Shown one piece after another: positions 34,630 through 46,246 of a DNA stretch of 64,000 nucleotides. The position numbers were made by a program, and so were the translations under genes. Source of the stretch: TPA_inf: Saccharomyces (Eukaryota); NCBI GenBank assembly GCA_000146045.2, contig BK006948.2:384001-448000 (forward strand), given 5' to 3'. A model generated the notes under the pieces. The model was not told the DNA's origin and did no database searches. It was given only the letters and a program-made list of their open reading frames with translations. The first letter of the stretch is position 1. Every line of letters starts with the position of its first letter.

Positions 34630-37600
34630 CTAACGCCTATTTGCTCTTGAATTGTCATACCGACTTTGCTTGTTATTCCGAGAGTAGCTGTTGCCGCTGT
34701 ACTGTCCACTATTTCTATTTCCGGAATAGTTATTGTTCCTGTAATTTGAATTTTGTCTGTAATTATTGTTTCCACCATCATACCTGCTATTGTTGAAGCC
34801 GGGTTGACTGTTGTAGCTATTCCTACCATAGTTGTGGGCGGGTTGGACATTATTTCTACTGAGCTCAGCAAAATAAAAGAATGCTCGATAGCCACCAGTT
34901 CTTGGTTTGTACTGAGTAATACCCTTTGGTCCTACTGGAACAATATTTTGCTTCAAATCATTACCAAAGTTCCAGCGACGGGAGTAATTTTGGTTATTAT
35001 ACTTGTACATTATGGAATCAAGGTCATATGCTGTTAGTACCGGTTCTGACGGAATGAACCCGTTCAGTATAATAGACTTATTTCTCGATGGCAACGGAAT
35101 TAATCTATAGGACATCTTTAAAATCAAGGTGGTAGATAAATTTGGCAGTGACCCACCTTGAATCGGACATACAATTTTCCCATTTAATTCGAAACCTTCA
35201 ACGTCCTTTGATACAATACCACTTAAACCACTCTTGAAGTGTTGAAACTTCACAACAACATTGTTGTTGTTGTTTTCCTTTGAGTATAATTTCTTCGAAA
35301 ACCTCTCATAATTAGCATTCTTGTTACTTATTAATAAAACAGGTTCTCCGCGAATATTTCTTGCCCTCTCAGCATCAGAAAGTAAAGGATATTGTGCACG
35401 AACAGCTGTTAACAGTCTATCCTGATCGATGAATGGTAGCAACGCTATGCCTTGCCAGGACATCTTCTTACCATTCATATCTATGGGAAATTCTTCAGGA
35501 TAAAAATCAATGATTTCAGAGTCAGGTTCAGACATCAAAGACCGGAAAATTTTTGGCAAAGCATGGCCAGATGCAGCTGGTAAAACACTCATCAATTGTT
35601 CGTAAGGTAAAAATGGAGTACCTTCTTCGAACTTTATCTCCAAGTGAGAAAACCCATGGAAATCTGTTGCCAGAGGAGCATAATGGTACGGATAGAACCA
35701 ATTCCAAGAGGCACAACCTTGATAGTAATACATTAGTACCCAGGCGACCCCTTCGATATAGCATTTTACCATATCTTTTCTTAACTGTTCAATATCTTGA
35801 GGAGTAACGTGAAATTTAGCTGTGTAATATCTTTCGTGGTAACCAGGTTCGAATAGTTTGACAAATTCATCTGTATCAAAGACCCCATTTTTGGGACCTT
35901 CGCTGACATTCACTGTGCTGTGGACTGGTGAATCTCTTGATACTTCTGTAGTTTCAGAGTTTTCCCTGTCGTTTACGTCAGCCACAATCTCATCTTTGAT
36001 CTCTGCATCGAGATCGCACTCTGATTCCGCTTTCTCTGTCTTAACTTTTTTGCTATCCTTAGCAATTTCTTCCTCTTCATTATCCTTTTCAAGACGGTGT
36101 TTCTTATTTATTATTTTCTGTTTCATAACTTCTGCAAGGTTAAAATTAGTTTTGTTAGCCTTACTAACAGCATCATCAATTTCTTCCTTGCTGATATCTT
36201 TCATCAGTTCATTGTTCTTATCACTCTGTTGCTTAACTTTGGCGATTGCTTCTTCGTTCCCCTCGTTCGCAAGCATCAGTTCCTTTTTCAACCTTACCAT
36301 ATCACTGGTGGTCAAGTTCCATGAACCTTTTGCTAAATTTCCTTGTGTGTCATACATTTGCAGTTGCTCCGTAGCTACTGTAGGATGCCTGTCTTGACCT
36401 TTTGACATATTTTTCTGCGCTTTCCTTCTTTCAAAAGCTTCTTTCTTTCTGGCTTCTTGAATATGTCTAGTTTTGAAGATATCCCCCTCACGGGAGCCAA
36501 GGTGTTGCAATAGCGTTTCAACAGAAGGGAGGTTCAAGACACCGTCGCAGGTCATGTACGTTTTCAATTTCGGTAGTACTACCTTCCAAATATCCAAGAG
36601 AATATCAATACTATTTTCTCTGACATCTAAGCATGGTAAATGTGGTAAAAAGTCATTACCACAGAAAAAGCACATGAAAACCCAATCGTCGATAGCCCTT
36701 TCTAAATCAAATGTAAATGGAAGACCCGGAACCCATAACTCAGCGGACAAGTATTCCCTCAAAACATTTATGTGCAGCCACAAGAAAGGTTGTTCGGAAT
36801 TTTGTTTTTGGAGAAATTGTTTTTCTTCTTCAGTCATATTTATAGTATCTTTTAAGTTATTTCTTTTCCGATTGTCTTGAGCAAAAACATCTTCTCTTAG
36901 AATTTTAAAATGTGGTTCATGAGTGGCAAGGCCCAAAAAAATTAAATCAGCATCCAAACCGTATATACAGTGCGTTGTGTTGGGATTATATTCAGGATCA
37001 GCTCTTTGAGACCTAATGAAATTCATTATTTTGTGCTCACCTTCACCTGGGACGGTGGCGTCACTGATAATCACCTGCAGGTTTTTCCAACCAGGGTCAG
37101 TGGCCAGTTTAAATGCTGTCCAATAACGGAGGGCCGCGGCAAGCTTATCCATAAATGGGGTGCCTGGAGTGATCGCATTTGAATCCCAAGTTTTCTTGTT
37201 CCTGACGGCATCATCGATTATCTCACCAACTTCTTCTCGCTGTCTCATAATTTCTTCCCTGGCTTCGTTTTCAATCTGAGCATCCCTAGCACTCCTAAAT
37301 CTACGCGCTCTCTGCTGGTTCATTTTGGCACGAGGAGCAACACCATCAACAGCCATAACAAGTACCTTGCGTGGTCTAGCCATATTTAACACACGATTGG
37401 TATATTCAAAAACTGCCAAAAGCATTTCATCTTCAGTCTCTGGAGGCGGTTTGTTTTCTGGGTGCGAACATGGATGAACAATACCATTCATATCCAAATA
37501 CAAGTTGTCTAACTCACCGTTTGGATTTGAGGCGGAATAATCCAACGGCAATATGACACCGTCGACTATCTGAGGTTGCTCTTCCAATACTGGGGATATG

Positions 37601-37650
37601 ATCTTTGGATATTTTCGAGATAGCCATCTGAAAAATGACGGAACACCCAT
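34630..37650 (-). CDS. RAT1: Nuclear 5'-3' exoribonuclease of the XRN family (1006 aa from the second in-frame ATG)
   Basis: MGVPSFFRWLSRKYPKIISPVLEE... XRN N-terminal domain. The ORF track extends 16 codons upstream to 37698. Confidence 0.95.
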   Translation of the reverse strand: MGVPSFFRWLSRKYPKIISPVLEEQPQIVDGVILPLDYSASNPNGELDNLYLDMNGIVHPCSHPENKPPPETEDEMLLAVFEYTNRVLNMARPRKVLVMAVDGVAPRAKMNQQRARRFRSARDAQIENEAREEIMRQREEVGEIIDDAVRNKKTWDSNAITPGTPFMDKLAAALRYWTAFKLATDPGWKNLQVIISDATVPGEGEHKIMNFIRSQRADPEYNPNTTHCIYGLDADLIFLGLATHEPHFKILREDVFAQDNRKRNNLKDTINMTEEEKQFLQKQNSEQPFLWLHINVLREYLSAELWVPGLPFTFDLERAIDDWVFMCFFCGNDFLPHLPCLDVRENSIDILLDIWKVVLPKLKTYMTCDGVLNLPSVETLLQHLGSREGDIFKTRHIQEARKKEAFERRKAQKNMSKGQDRHPTVATEQLQMYDTQGNLAKGSWNLTTSDMVRLKKELMLANEGNEEAIAKVKQQSDKNNELMKDISKEEIDDAVSKANKTNFNLAEVMKQKIINKKHRLEKDNEEEEIAKDSKKVKTEKAESECDLDAEIKDEIVADVNDRENSETTEVSRDSPVHSTVNVSEGPKNGVFDTDEFVKLFEPGYHERYYTAKFHVTPQDIEQLRKDMVKCYIEGVAWVLMYYYQGCASWNWFYPYHYAPLATDFHGFSHLEIKFEEGTPFLPYEQLMSVLPAASGHALPKIFRSLMSEPDSEIIDFYPEEFPIDMNGKKMSWQGIALLPFIDQDRLLTAVRAQYPLLSDAERARNIRGEPVLLISNKNANYERFSKKLYSKENNNNNVVVKFQHFKSGLSGIVSKDVEGFELNGKIVCPIQGGSLPNLSTTLILKMSYRLIPLPSRNKSIILNGFIPSEPVLTAYDLDSIMYKYNNQNYSRRWNFGNDLKQNIVPVGPKGITQYKPRTGGYRAFFYFAELSRNNVQPAHNYGRNSYNSQPGFNNSRYDGGNNNYRQNSNYRNNNYSGNRNSGQYSGNSYSRNNKQSRYDNSRANRR

Positions 37651-38667
37651 TATATTACGAAACTTGGCTGTAGCACTTCCTTGAAGAACCTGTCTCACTA
37701 ATTATTACGGGATGTCTTTATGTTGTAATAGGTTCATCGATGAGGTTTGGTTTTTTATTGCCATAGCTGAAAATCTTATCTAGATACTCTCGTTACCCGA
37801 CTTATCATTCCCGAGACGCTCAAATATACAACCTGATGAGAAAGTAAGGTAATATACCTCCAAATGTTCAAGATTATAAAATACATTGCAGTGCCTTAAA
37901 AACGTACTTCCGATATTATGTGATAGTAAACTTTTCGTAGTTTTTCATCAGAGATGGGGAAAGCTTTTTTGGTGAATTGATTTTACAACTACTTGTTTCA
38001 GTATACTATAAAAATCGAGTAAAATTCGTGAATCTTTGAATAGAAAAGATTTCGTGAACATATCTATAAATTAATCACTTTCTTAACCGATATAAGATTT
38101 TAGCCCGGTGATATAGGCTTCAATCAGCAGTTACGCTTTTTTGCTTTAATTTTACTGTTTATGGAGGTAAACTAACGCTCCTGCTCTCTTTCATATATCA
38201 ACAGATAGGTCTGTTGATTGATTCAAATAAATTTATTTTCCTTATGTGCGCCATAATTATATGACCCTATAAGCTGCCGATAGCGGATTTTCTGTTCTCT
38301 ATGGGAAACTCTGTAGTTTTCTTTTTTTTAGTTTAGTTCGTTCCCAAAAATGGAAGAACGTCAAAACAGTGATCTACATTAAGCTGAGGCGAAAACACTA
38401 AACGAGGAAAGTTATACGATGGCACAGGAACAAAATAGAAAGTATGTATGACGTTGAAGGCTGATTAAAGCATTGAAAGGGGAAAAATACTTGTGAACTA
38501 AAAAATGTACATATTACGATGTCGAAATATAAGGAAGTAAAAATGCTGTCCGGTTCTTTTGAATAGGAGAAAAAATAAACAGAACATAGTCGGGAACTTC
38601 GAGAAAAAAAGTAAGAATTGAAAAATGCATATGAACGATCAGATTGACATTCAAATTCTACGTATCA

Positions 38668-39816
38668 CTAAAGTTTAGCCTTCTTTTTAGAGGAAAACAA
38701 GTTAGCTATTTTGGACATGAATTGTTTGAAGGTGCTAATCGGGTATTTCATGCTTGCTTGGAATTCCTCCTTTTCAATATCAAATTGTTTTGAATCCGAA
38801 GTATCTAAGATATCTTCAACATCGTCAGTATGTGGTAAAGTTTCAGGATCAACATGGCCCGGTGTGATTGGAATCGAGGTGCTTCTACCTTTAAACGCAA
38901 ATCCAGGGTGGAAGATGGTCAAAGTGACCGTAGCGATGGCCATCATTAATGCATCTAAGATAATAAAATACCACTCGTGTGTGATCAGATAGCCATCCCA
39001 ACCGACAACTAATTCAGCCAAACGGTAACAACAACGGGTAAAAATGGTTAGTACCGCAACGGTTATTGCCAGATTAAAATAATGAAAAACCCAACGTTTA
39101 GGTTCGAGTCTCAAAAAATGGAACTTTTCCCTGTATAAATAATCAACTTCTGTTTGCGATATCTTTAAGAGGCTCAATGAGATAGGTCTAGAATTTATGT
39201 GTTCCCATCTTACCGATATATATATACGGAAAAGGAAGTGAAACCATAACATAAGAAAGATGGCCATCGATGCAACTTGAATGGCCAAACCAGCAATGAA
39301 AACATGATTGCCGGTTGTTGTGGACGTTCCATCTGTGACCGCCACACCACACAGGCCACCGCCTACAGCTTGCACCACAAGCGATACGATATCGGAACAT
39401 ATGAAAATAAAAGAATACGCCATTGGAGAGGGCAATAAAGAGAACCTGTGGCCGTATACTTCTATAAGCTTTGCAAGTTGATAATAAATACCACCCATTG
39501 TGAAAACTGGTGCAATAGTCAAACAAATCATGTTCAAAAGAAAAGCGTCCATATCGGCGACATTAGAATGCGACCACGTCCTCCCTATAAATCCAAGAAC
39601 TTCCAAAATACCTGTGCATATAAAAGCGATTGAAAACCAGTATTGGCGCATCAGTAACTGTACGACATGTATTGTCAGTAGTATACCCCAAATGACAATC
39701 ATCGTGATATTAAAACGAAGGTTCGGTACCATACCACCATAAAGGGAATTACTGTTAGCTGCTGCTTCTAACTGTGGCAAAAGACTGCCTAACGTATTAT
39801 TTGTTGCGTTGGACAT
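38668..39816 (-). CDS. RSB1: Multi-pass membrane protein of the RTA1/sphingoid long-chain-base transporter family (382 aa)
   Basis: Seven hydrophobic segments, length, and position. Confidence 0.85.
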   Translation of the reverse strand: MSNATNNTLGSLLPQLEAAANSNSLYGGMVPNLRFNITMIVIWGILLTIHVVQLLMRQYWFSIAFICTGILEVLGFIGRTWSHSNVADMDAFLLNMICLTIAPVFTMGGIYYQLAKLIEVYGHRFSLLPSPMAYSFIFICSDIVSLVVQAVGGGLCGVAVTDGTSTTTGNHVFIAGLAIQVASMAIFLMLWFHFLFRIYISVRWEHINSRPISLSLLKISQTEVDYLYREKFHFLRLEPKRWVFHYFNLAITVAVLTIFTRCCYRLAELVVGWDGYLITHEWYFIILDALMMAIATVTLTIFHPGFAFKGRSTSIPITPGHVDPETLPHTDDVEDILDTSDSKQFDIEKEEFQASMKYPISTFKQFMSKIANLFSSKKKAKL

Positions 39817-40845
39817 TTTGAATTTCTCAACGTCTATAATCAGAAAAAAAGTACTGTGAGAAATCTATTTTAGAACAACCAGCAGTAATTAGTTACGCCC
39901 TTAGTATACTATTGCTTGAACTGCTAGGAAACCAGAGTTTACGTAGAAAAGTAATGAATTTTAAGTCTACTACTGAAAGAAAAAAAAAAAATACTTTACT
40001 GTGCAAGCGACAAGGAAAACTCTTCTTATTTCTATTGATTCTGGGGTCGACTGCAAATAATAAACCTTATATAGTGTTTTGCCCATCAGCTCAACTGTTT
40101 TAGGTGAAAATGGGAGGCACACCAAAGAAAAATAAACAGGGCAAATTAGAGCTCCGTGGGTACAACCGATCAGAATCACACCTATTCCCTTTTAGAGAGC
40201 GAGATAGCGAGAAAAAGTCAAGAGCTTTTCGACATTTGCGGAAAAATTACGGGGGATGCTTACGTACAGCTAGGGGGCGACAGAACCCTCAAGGCATGGC
40301 CGTGCAGCACTCGCACAGGACTTGGTGCAAGAAGTTCGGTTACTAATGAGAATGTCAACTATCGGAGCTGCCACAACTACTAGGCAACGTCGTTTTCCAG
40401 TGGTCCCTGACATATCAATTGCCGCACTGTCACTGTGCGCAAATATAATAGGAAACAGAGGACCGACGGAGACCATATCTTTCCGCGGAAAAAGAGTCCG
40501 AGCGAAGTCCGGAAGGAAATATGACGGAGCAAGAATGCTTCCGCGGATGTAAAAGATTGTGCTATGCTCTGGATTGCCCTCTCGGAGAGTTTTGTTGGTT
40601 TGTTTCACTGAAGCCATTGATAATAAACTCTTTATTGGGTGATGACGAGGCTGAGCACCAAAAAACCTAAAAGGAAACCAAAAGTTTAACTCATTAAATA
40701 AGTTGTGACTATATTTCAACACGCGCTCTAATAAATATAGCCTTTCTTTTAGCTTTTCTATAAAACTAGATAAAAATAGTAATTTTTGAGAGTACTTAAG
40801 GCAACAGAAGGAGTGAGTAAAAATAAAAAAGAAGCGTGGATGCGC

Positions 40846-42084
40846 TCAGCCTTGTAAGAAATTGTCCAGGACATCTTGAAATTTACCATGAGAAGCCTTG
40901 TTTGCTTTGCCTAAGATTTCTTCGGCGGTTTTGTAAGCTTCTTCTTGTTCAGCACTTTCATTGTCAAGCAGGTTACCTAGGTCAATATATGCTTCGGCGA
41001 CTTGAACCCAGGTGTCCGGATCATCCTCCAGTTTAGCCTTTTCCAAGTATTCTAAAGCCTTTTTTGTGTGCTTCAAAGCGGTTTCTTGGGCGTTCTTGGC
41101 TTCCTTGTCGCTAACCTTTTCAGAACCGCCATCATCGTACTGTAGGCTTAAGAAAACTTTACTTGGTTCTTCAGCTTTTTTTAGGTATAGTTCCCCTAGG
41201 GTGTTAGCTATTGATGCATAGATTTTCACATCTGTATTTGTGTTGTCAAGCAATTTATCAAAATGGTTTCTTAGCCACTCGTAATTCGCTTCTAGCGATT
41301 GTTGTAGGGGATATACAGGGTGTTCTGGTTCCAACTCAATATCAATGAGTTCCTCTTCCTCTTCATTATCGCTATCTATGCCCTCTTGAATAGATTGTTC
41401 GCGACCAAAATTCTCGACGATGTCCAATAAGTCATTCACCATTTGTAGGATTTCAAAAGTAAATTCAGTATCGTTTTCATAAATTGAAAAATGCTTCTTA
41501 CCATGTTCAAGCTGTCCTACAAGATCAAGTTTTTTATCCTTCGATTTCAAATGGAGATTGGAAATATATTCCAACGGAATCCTTTGGAAAATTATCTTTG
41601 CTAAAACTAGTTTTAGAAATTGGGATTCAGGGAAATGCGAAAGACCTAATTCGACTCTTTCGATAGCACTTTCAAAAAATGAGGATACATCTTTTTTTCT
41701 CTTTTCTTCAGTGGCTTCCTCATCGCCTGCCTTGAAAATAGTCAATTCAGATAAAGCCAGAGCATATATACCATGGAAAATATCGTTCAGCGTCTTCTTA
41801 ATCTCTTTATCTTCTTCAGAAAGACGCAATAATCTGTCACATTCGTGAACGATTCCATTTAAAACATATTCGTCGTCTCTGTCAGAGTGAAAATATTTAG
41901 ACCACAGTCCTTTCAGCTGAGCTAATTCGTCATCTAAATCAGCATCATCGTCAAGCTCAACACTCATTTGACTTCTCACAGGTGTGGATTCTCTGGAAGG
42001 TTCATCGCTCTTCTTTTCGACACTTTCCACCTTTCTTTTCTTTTCTCTACTTTGTTTACCTAAACCTAAGGGTCTTTTAGCCAT
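40846..42084 (-). CDS. ETT1: Nuclear protein linked to translation termination efficiency (412 aa)
   Basis: Length 412 aa, acidic helical protein, position between RSB1 and TMC1. Confidence 0.85.
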   Translation of the reverse strand: MAKRPLGLGKQSREKKRKVESVEKKSDEPSRESTPVRSQMSVELDDDADLDDELAQLKGLWSKYFHSDRDDEYVLNGIVHECDRLLRLSEEDKEIKKTLNDIFHGIYALALSELTIFKAGDEEATEEKRKKDVSSFFESAIERVELGLSHFPESQFLKLVLAKIIFQRIPLEYISNLHLKSKDKKLDLVGQLEHGKKHFSIYENDTEFTFEILQMVNDLLDIVENFGREQSIQEGIDSDNEEEEELIDIELEPEHPVYPLQQSLEANYEWLRNHFDKLLDNTNTDVKIYASIANTLGELYLKKAEEPSKVFLSLQYDDGGSEKVSDKEAKNAQETALKHTKKALEYLEKAKLEDDPDTWVQVAEAYIDLGNLLDNESAEQEEAYKTAEEILGKANKASHGKFQDVLDNFLQG

Positions 42085-42771
42085 TTCTGTACGATTACTT
42101 TCTTGGACTGTTCTCCTTTTTTCTTCAATTCTTTTTCTTTTGGGTGCCTACAATTGTTCTATTATTTAAAAACTAGTTTATATTGAAATTTTTCAAAATA
42201 TGCAACATTTCAAATGACGAAAAAAAGAGTTCTTTTTCTCGCACTTTTTTTTTTACCTCTTTCGGTCGCAAAACGATATATGCGGAAAATTGTTTTTCCG
42301 CTACAACCTCATGAAATGGAAAAAGAAATGGTGAAGTTACTCCAGCTTTCATTTGTTTATATTTCGATTGCCTTAACGCTTAAAAATGAATTGTAAACAT
42401 AAAAAAAAAGTCGTTTTCTCCCTTTCTTCCCCGTACAAAAAAAGAAACGAAAAACCAAAGACCAACCAACAGATTAGGTTCTTGCGTAAGGCGTTTCAAA
42501 GGTTAAGCACCACTTCTTGATTATTAATATTATTAGTTATACGTTATATAAGAGTAAGTGGTTACAATGAACGGTCTCTCTTGATGAGTCAGGATAGATG
42601 AAGAAAAAAAAAAAAAAAACGAAGAGACCATTCAAGTAATTTATACATGTTATTTTGTAGAGAAATGCATCAAAAGCGTTCTTTTCCCTTGTGTAACATC
42701 AATGCCGATTAGACGTTACAATGCAGTTCCCAGTGAATTAGATGTGTGTATGATTTAACCATGATAGGTGT

Positions 42772-43224
42772 TTAAATTTGTATCTTTGGAGCCTTAGTTT
42801 GTTCAGCTTCTAGCTTATCAGCGTTTCTTTGATGTAGCTGTTCTTTGCAGCTCGTTAAGCCATTACAAGCATGGTTTTCCATTAATCTGTGTTTCGAGCA
42901 AAAGTGACCTTTGCAAAAATTACAGTCACCGATGAATTTCGAAGCCGCACTTGAACAGGTATCGAAATAACAAGCATTCTTCTTTTTCTTCTTGGTCGTT
43001 TTCTTAGTCACCCGCCTACTGCTCTGACCCGTCGATGTCACGCTAGAGTTACTAGAAGACCTTGAATTCAACGGTATAGCACCCAGGACGGTCCCGGAAT
43101 CTGATTTCTTTATCTTAGCGTGGTATGTGCTTTTATCCTCGATCTCATGCATGGGATCCTTGGGAGTAACTTGTCTAATTTCATCCTTTCTGGATGGAAT
43201 TTCGATTTCGTTTATATCAGACAT
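42772..43224 (-). CDS. TMC1: AN1-type zinc-finger protein (150 aa)
   Basis: C-terminal AN1 finger CYFDTCSSAASKFIGDCNFCKGHFCSKHRLMENHAC. Confidence 0.85.
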   Translation of the reverse strand: MSDINEIEIPSRKDEIRQVTPKDPMHEIEDKSTYHAKIKKSDSGTVLGAIPLNSRSSSNSSVTSTGQSSRRVTKKTTKKKKKNACYFDTCSSAASKFIGDCNFCKGHFCSKHRLMENHACNGLTSCKEQLHQRNADKLEAEQTKAPKIQI

Positions 43225-43832
43225 TTTTAGTTTCTATTCTTTTGGTGATTTTGATAGTTTTGTGCTTCACTTGATGTAAATGAATCAGTAAAGCAGAATA
43301 AATAGCGGTTTAGCGGATAGGCTGCTTGATCCTTTTATCCAAGATGTATGATAGAGTCAGGAACTCTTCAAGCGGGAAAGGCGAGAATATCTCTTATGCA
43401 AAGTCTAAGACTTCGGTGGCAAGTATTTCCCTTTTATATCTTCTTTGCTTCTGGGCCGATGCAGTCTTTGCCACCGCCCCCTTCTTTCTTTTTTTCCCTG
43501 ACAGGGCCGAAGCTCGCAGAAAACAGAAAGGTGAAACGAACCGCAGAGCTGTGGAGCATTTGATCTCACCCGCTTTGCGATAAGCTGGCAAGGTTAAATC
43601 GGATTTGAACCACTCCCTTTCCCTCAGAATGAACATCCGATAGAGTGACGACGCACCTCCGCAGCATCGTAAGCGCTAACTATGAGACATAAAACTCCCT
43701 TTGGAAAATGAGTTAAGTGTCCTACTTGCCTATTTTTAGCCTTCTCTTCTGGTTATCAGTGATTAATGCAAATTTATTCTATGTAAAGATATATATAGTT
43801 CAAAAGTTTTACAATAATGAAATTAGTCCTAT

Positions 43833-43962
43833 TTAAGATCGCTGTAGCCCTCCTTTATCTTCTTTCTTTTTTCCTTCATCGTCTTCATCTTCGTCTTCGT
43901 CATCTTCATCGTCGTCGTCGTCGTCGTCATCATCGTCGTCATCATCGTCGTCATCATCATCA

Positions 43963-44004
<42 letters not shown>

Positions 44005-45857
44005 TCATCGTCATCATCATCATCGTCATCGTCGTCGTCGTCATTATCTTCATCTTTACCACCAGTATCGTTCTTCTTATTATCATCCTCCTCATCGTTA
44101 TCTTCATCCTCTTCTTCTTCCTTTCCCGCAGAAACATCGGGATAACCACCTAGTTTGACGACTATCTTGCCAACAATCTCATTTGCATCCATCATCCCAC
44201 TTAACCCGATGTCACCGTTTATGCCCATGACTTTTTCTGAGGGTTTAAATACAGTTACCCAAGGCATCTCTTCTTGAATAATTCGAAAATGTTTTTTAGT
44301 CATTATGGAATTGAACGTACCGCTACCCATTGAAGGCGCTAGGAATATGGGAAACGTTGGATTCCATGCCCTTATTACACTTGTCAAAAGGTTGTCACAT
44401 AAACCAAGGGCAATCTTGGCCAACGTGTTTGCGGTTAATGGTGCGACAACTAGTATATCTGCCCAACGACGTAGTTCTATGTGTAATACAGGATCAGTTC
44501 GTTGTCGCCATACATCCCACTCGTCTTGGTCTGTCCAAAATTGTATATGTGCTGGCAGTTCAATTTGAGGATGTTGCGATACAACGTTTGAAGAGTTGCT
44601 GTACGTACGACTACCACCAAGTGTCGAAGGAAATCCAGTAGTAGAGGCCATTTGTTTTTCTTCCTCCTGTTTATTATTTGTCTGAGAAGCCGCTGAGTTT
44701 GAAGACGTCTTCTGAATGCTAAATTTTTCAAGAGAGGCTACTTTTTTCTTGTTACCAGTTATATTGCCAGCATTAGAATTGGTGCTGTTGAAAGAAGTAT
44801 CGATACTATTGTGTTGTTTCTTATTTTTCCTCATATACTTCATTGCAAAAAATTTGGTTGCTGAGTTAGTTAGTATAACTTGTATGCATATTTTGTCCCT
44901 TCCGTAAATTTCTTCTAATTTTCTGATCATGTGCTTGAGTTTGAAAACAGACAAAGAACCTGTTGCCCCAAAAAGAACGTGTAGCTTGCCGTCATCTTGG
45001 GGAAGCCTTGGATCCATATTGGTCATAATATTTTCTCTCTTCAAGGGATTTGAGACTGCATTGGGAGACATTGCTTCTTCCAAGACAGACTCCAACAATG
45101 TGGGCTCTCCAGTCTTTGATATGGAGCCCTCTCGTTCAATGTTGATGGGGTTAAATGTATTCACTACCACAGAGGGGCGAGGACTAGTACTGTTAGACCT
45201 TGATCTAACTGATGGGGTGTGTAAAGGATCTTCCACGTAGAAATGTGGGTGCTCCTTTCTGGGGCTATCGGAACTATTGTCAGAGTTTAAAATAGAATCT
45301 GTTCCACCGGTGAAACTTAGCTTTTTAGCCAGCAGGCTGGATATGTTATTCCCCATATCAGCATTGGAGAGAATAGAGGTTGGAGTCGAAAAAGAAGAAG
45401 CAGAAGCCTCGCCATCTTTTGGTACTTTTGTATTTATGTCTTTCAAGTTTCTTCCTTGATTTGCACCCTCCGCTGCGATGTGTACAGACGTTGCTTTCTT
45501 TTCGCTGGACTGTCTGGCCACCTGGTTAGGTGGAGTTTGCTCCACATCCGACCTGAGACTACCCAACTTTGGATCGCTGAATGTAACAGTTGGTATCCTT
45601 TTTAACCCTGGCTCTGGTGTATTACTTACAACTGCCCCAGAAGTTCCGCTAGCATTCATGATTGACTTAGTTTGTGAACCAGTGGGACTAGTTGATTTCC
45701 TTACTACAGGAGTGTCCAGACTAGAAACGGAAGAAAATGGTCCCGTAGAATTTGTGTCAGGCATTGCCGATGAACCTATATTGGCCTGCTCAGCTCCAGA
45801 GAGAGTATTCGAAGCAACCCCTTTCCTATTGTTCTTCAGGCTAGATTTGTTTGTCAT
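43833..45857 (-). CDS. VHS3: Flavoprotein-like (PPC decarboxylase-homologous) Ppz1 phosphatase inhibitor / CoA-biosynthesis moonlighting subunit, with a long C-terminal poly-Asp tail (674 aa)
   Basis: Flavoprotein core (ICIQVILTNSATKFF...), an acidic tail of about 60 consecutive D/E, and length 674 aa. Confidence 0.95.
43878..44043. repeat. (GAC/GAT)n trinucleotide microsatellite, read as GTC/ATC on the + strand, encoding the VHS3 poly-Asp tract
   Basis: About 55 near-perfect triplet repeats, directly visible in the sequence. Confidence 0.9.
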
Positions 45858-46160
45858 TGCGTCTCTGCACTATAATTATGGCCAGTATTCCTCTTTCTGG
45901 TCTCTTCTTTGAACTAAAGTAATCTTATAAAAGGCTATCCTTTTTTTGGCAATCTAGTATTAATCCTGATCAAAAAGTCCTCAAAACGAGCCCTCTTCAA
46001 AGTGCTGTAACACCATTCATCTCATAAGGGGAGGGCATACTGAGCAATAAAACGTTTTCTTACCTTTTCGGTCTTTTGGACTCTCCAACCAGAAAGTTAA
46101 AGGGCAAAAAAGCTCACATGACACGCTTGTTTTGGAAAACGTCATAGAAAAACCACGTGA

Positions 46161-46188
46161 AAAAAAAAAAAAAAAAAAAAAAAAAAAG
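46161..46188. repeat. A28 homopolymer (poly(dA:dT)) in the NOB1 3' / VHS3 5' intergenic region
   Basis: 28 consecutive A, followed by (GAAAAA)n-like repeats. Confidence 0.9.
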
Positions 46189-46246
46189 AAAAAGAAAAAG
46201 GGCAGCTGCCAACTAGTACACACTACACAGATATTTATGAAAAACA

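Noticed and set aside
40100-40560. Cluster of overlapping 60-150-aa ORFs on both strands between RSB1 and ETT1
   Set aside because: They overlap each other in different frames, have no motifs, and are GC-richer but low complexity. Most likely a non-coding or promoter region; the annotated ORF here as I recall it is dubious.
43817-44158. 113-aa (+) and 106-aa (-) ORFs rich in Arg/His or Thr/Met inside VHS3
   Set aside because: They are out-of-frame translations of the (GAY)n repeat, not independent genes.
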